A stretch of DNA of 64,000 bases from Octopus sinensis. Its lineage: Eukaryota. Positions 61,656 to 64,000 of the stretch are shown in pieces; position 1 is the first letter of the stretch, and each line of letters starts with the position of its first letter. The notes beneath the pieces are model-generated. The model searched no databases. It saw nothing but the letters and a program-made list of their open reading frames with translations, and was not told where the DNA came from. A program made the position numbers and the translations under genes. The DNA lies in contig NC_043009.1 of NCBI RefSeq assembly GCF_006345805.1, forward strand, positions 12,462,001 to 12,526,000. Reading direction: 5' to 3'.

Positions 61656-62214
61656 AATATTTAACTAATTTATTAATCATTTGTCATTCAAGCTTTTTAA
61701 ACTTGTCCAACACCATGATGAAGAAAGATGAATTATATGGAAACAAACTTTGTTTTGTCTTTCCTTAGAATAAAAGTGGACGCTGGTATTTGTCAGTTTG
61801 AGAATCGCCATACAAATTGAAACTTCAATCAATCAACTTTCACCATTATTTTGCACTAGGTGAAGTTAAAAATAAGCAATTTCTTAAAGGTATTTTGAGA
61901 AAACAGTATCCAGTAACTGGGGTAAGTAATACCCTGTACTTTTGTGTACTTTGACTAAAGTAGCAAGGATTAGATGCTATTCTAAAATACTTGGCATTTC
62001 AACTTTACAGTGGGATTTTCCCAGTTTACTTTTAGCAGGGTGTTCCTTTATTTCAATTTCTCTAAAAACAGGAAACATCACTCTAGTATGTATTCACAAC
62101 TAGTATGTATTCATCAGAAAAATAATTATTTTTACCTATGATGAAATTCAAGTTTTTATCTGGCAAAATCAGTTAAATGTTGGACAAAATGTTTTGAATT
62201 ATAGCTTATTATTC

Positions 62215-62628
62215 TTTTATTCTTTTATTCTTTTACTTGTTTCAGTCATTTGACTGCGGCCATGCTGGAGCACCACCTTTAGTCGAGCAAATCGACCCCG
62301 GGACTTATTCTTTGTAAGCCCAGTACTTATTCTATTGGTCTCTTTTGCCGAACTGCTAAGTTACGGGGACGCAAACACACCAGCATCGGTTGTCAAGCAA
62401 TGCTAGGGGACCAACACAGACATACATACACACATACATATATATATATATATATACATATATACGACAGGCTTCTTTCAGTTTCCATCTACCAAATCCA
62501 CTCACAAGGCATTGGTCGACCCGGGGCTATAGCAGAAGAAACTTGCGCAAGATGCCACGCAGTGGGACTGAACCCGGAACCATGTGGTTGGTTAGCAAGC
62601 TACTTACCACACAGCCACTCCTGCGCTT
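62215..62628 (-). mobile_element. SINE family A
   Basis: Full-length family match. Confidence 0.9.
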
Positions 62629-62974
62629 AGTTGAAATCCTACCAAAGTCAACATTTCATCCTTTTGAAGTTGATAAAATAACGTACCAGTCAAAAACAAG
62701 TTTGGTTTAATATTCTCATAATGCATCAGGGATGTGTTGCAATTGTGATATTACATTTAGAAACACTTTTAAAACAGCAGGCTCTGCCACTAAAAATTTC
62801 CAAATATTTTACATTCTTCTTACATGTTCATTAGTTGAATAATTTTTCTGTTAAAAGAATTATATTGTGTCTCTGAGAATTGAATGTAATAATGCTTTCC
62901 CACTGGCTGATAAGTATTGTTCCTCTCCCACTTCAGAGTTTAATAGTTATCAAAATCAAATTCGATGACTGACA

Positions 62975-63420
62975 TCCGAGCTAGTGGAGCGCTAAGAGTA
63001 CCATACAAGTGTGATCGTTGCCAGAGCAACAGGCTGGCCTCCGTGCTGATGGCACGTAAAAAGCACCATTCGAGCGTGATCGTTACCTGTGTTGCCTTAC
63101 TGGCACTTATGCTGGTGGCACAGGAAAAAACATTTGACTGAGGTCATTGCCAGTGCCGCTGGATTGGCTCCTGTGCAGGTGGCACATAAAAAGCACCATT
63201 TGAGCGTGGCCGTTGCCAGTACTGCCTGACTGGCCCTCGTGCCAGTGGCATGTAAAAGCACCCACTACACTCTCAGAGTGGTTGGCGTTAGGAAGGGCAT
63301 CCAGCTGTAGAAACTCTGCCAGATTAGATTGGAGCCTGGTGCAGCCATTTGGTTCGCCAGTCCTCAGTCAAATCGTCCAACCCATGCTAGCATGGAAAGC
63401 GGATGTTAAACGATGATGAT
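62975..63420 (+). mobile_element. SINE-like element with ~65-bp internal subrepeats and (GAT)n tail
   Basis: Subunits start at ~62996, 63059, 63125, 63189 and 63256; conserved-domain-like ggttggcgttaggaagggcatccagctgtagaaa; tail ...gttaaacgatgatgat. Confidence 0.7.
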
Positions 63421-64000
63421 GGTGGTGGTGGTGGTGGTGGTGGTGGCGGTGGTGATGATGATGATGATGATGAACAGTAAAAAGGTTAGGAGTTTCTGAA
63501 ACAGCAAGAAAAAATAAGTATAAACAAACAGCAGGACAGAAATGAAATGAAATGAGCTTTGCTACTGGAAATTATAATGATAATGATGATGGTGTTGGTG
63601 TTGGTGTTGGTGGTGTTGGTGGTGGTGGTGGTAGTGGTGGTAGTGGTGTATTGATAGTAAAATGTATTTTTGTTATTGAACTAGATCTTTAATATTATTA
63701 TTTGCCTATAGTTTGTTAGAGAGGAGGGGTGGAGTGAGAGAGAGAGAAGAAGAAGAAGAGGGAATGTGTGAGTGAGTGAAAGAGCTGATAGCCAGCTGAT
63801 GTATTATGCTGTCGTTCATGTGGTTAGGAGGAAGTGAGAGGTGAAGAGAAAGAGAGAAATGCTAAAGACATGAAGAAGGGAATTAAATGGTAAAATAAGT
63901 TTGTTGAAGAGGTGGAGAGAAAGAGCGAAATATAAAGAGTTTAGCAGAGGGAAATTTCAAAATCATATAAGATATTATTGTGACTGGAAGTGAAATAACT

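Overview
AT-rich, repeat-dominated animal DNA. The SINE families point to an octopus/coleoid cephalopod; this is inferred from remembered family motifs, not from a database search. One host gene is supported, on the minus strand: signal peptide + PAN/Apple exon (15192-14881), EGF-like exon (12730-12643) and Sushi/CCP-like exon (3798-3652), with compatible splice phases. The rest is a layered record of mobile elements. A young 5'-truncated Penelope-like element has ~580-bp inverted pseudo-LTRs and a GIY-YIG ORF, and an older Penelope is interrupted by a CR1 fragment. Also present are RLE-type (R4/Dong-like) LINE ends in (AAT)n and (TACA)n microsatellites, CR1/RTE/L2-like fragments, mariner, pogo-, hAT- and possibly Kolobok-type elements, Helitrons, at least four tRNA-derived SINE families (one in head-to-tail multimers) and many microsatellites. 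The most notable signal is seven minimal type I hammerhead ribozyme motifs, all with palindromic helix III. One lies in the tail of a tRNA-headed SINE and one in a 190-bp element with a 13-bp target duplication. Most ORFs in the supplied track are microsatellite or SINE read-throughs. All alignments and folds were done by eye, so coordinates of degenerate elements are approximate.
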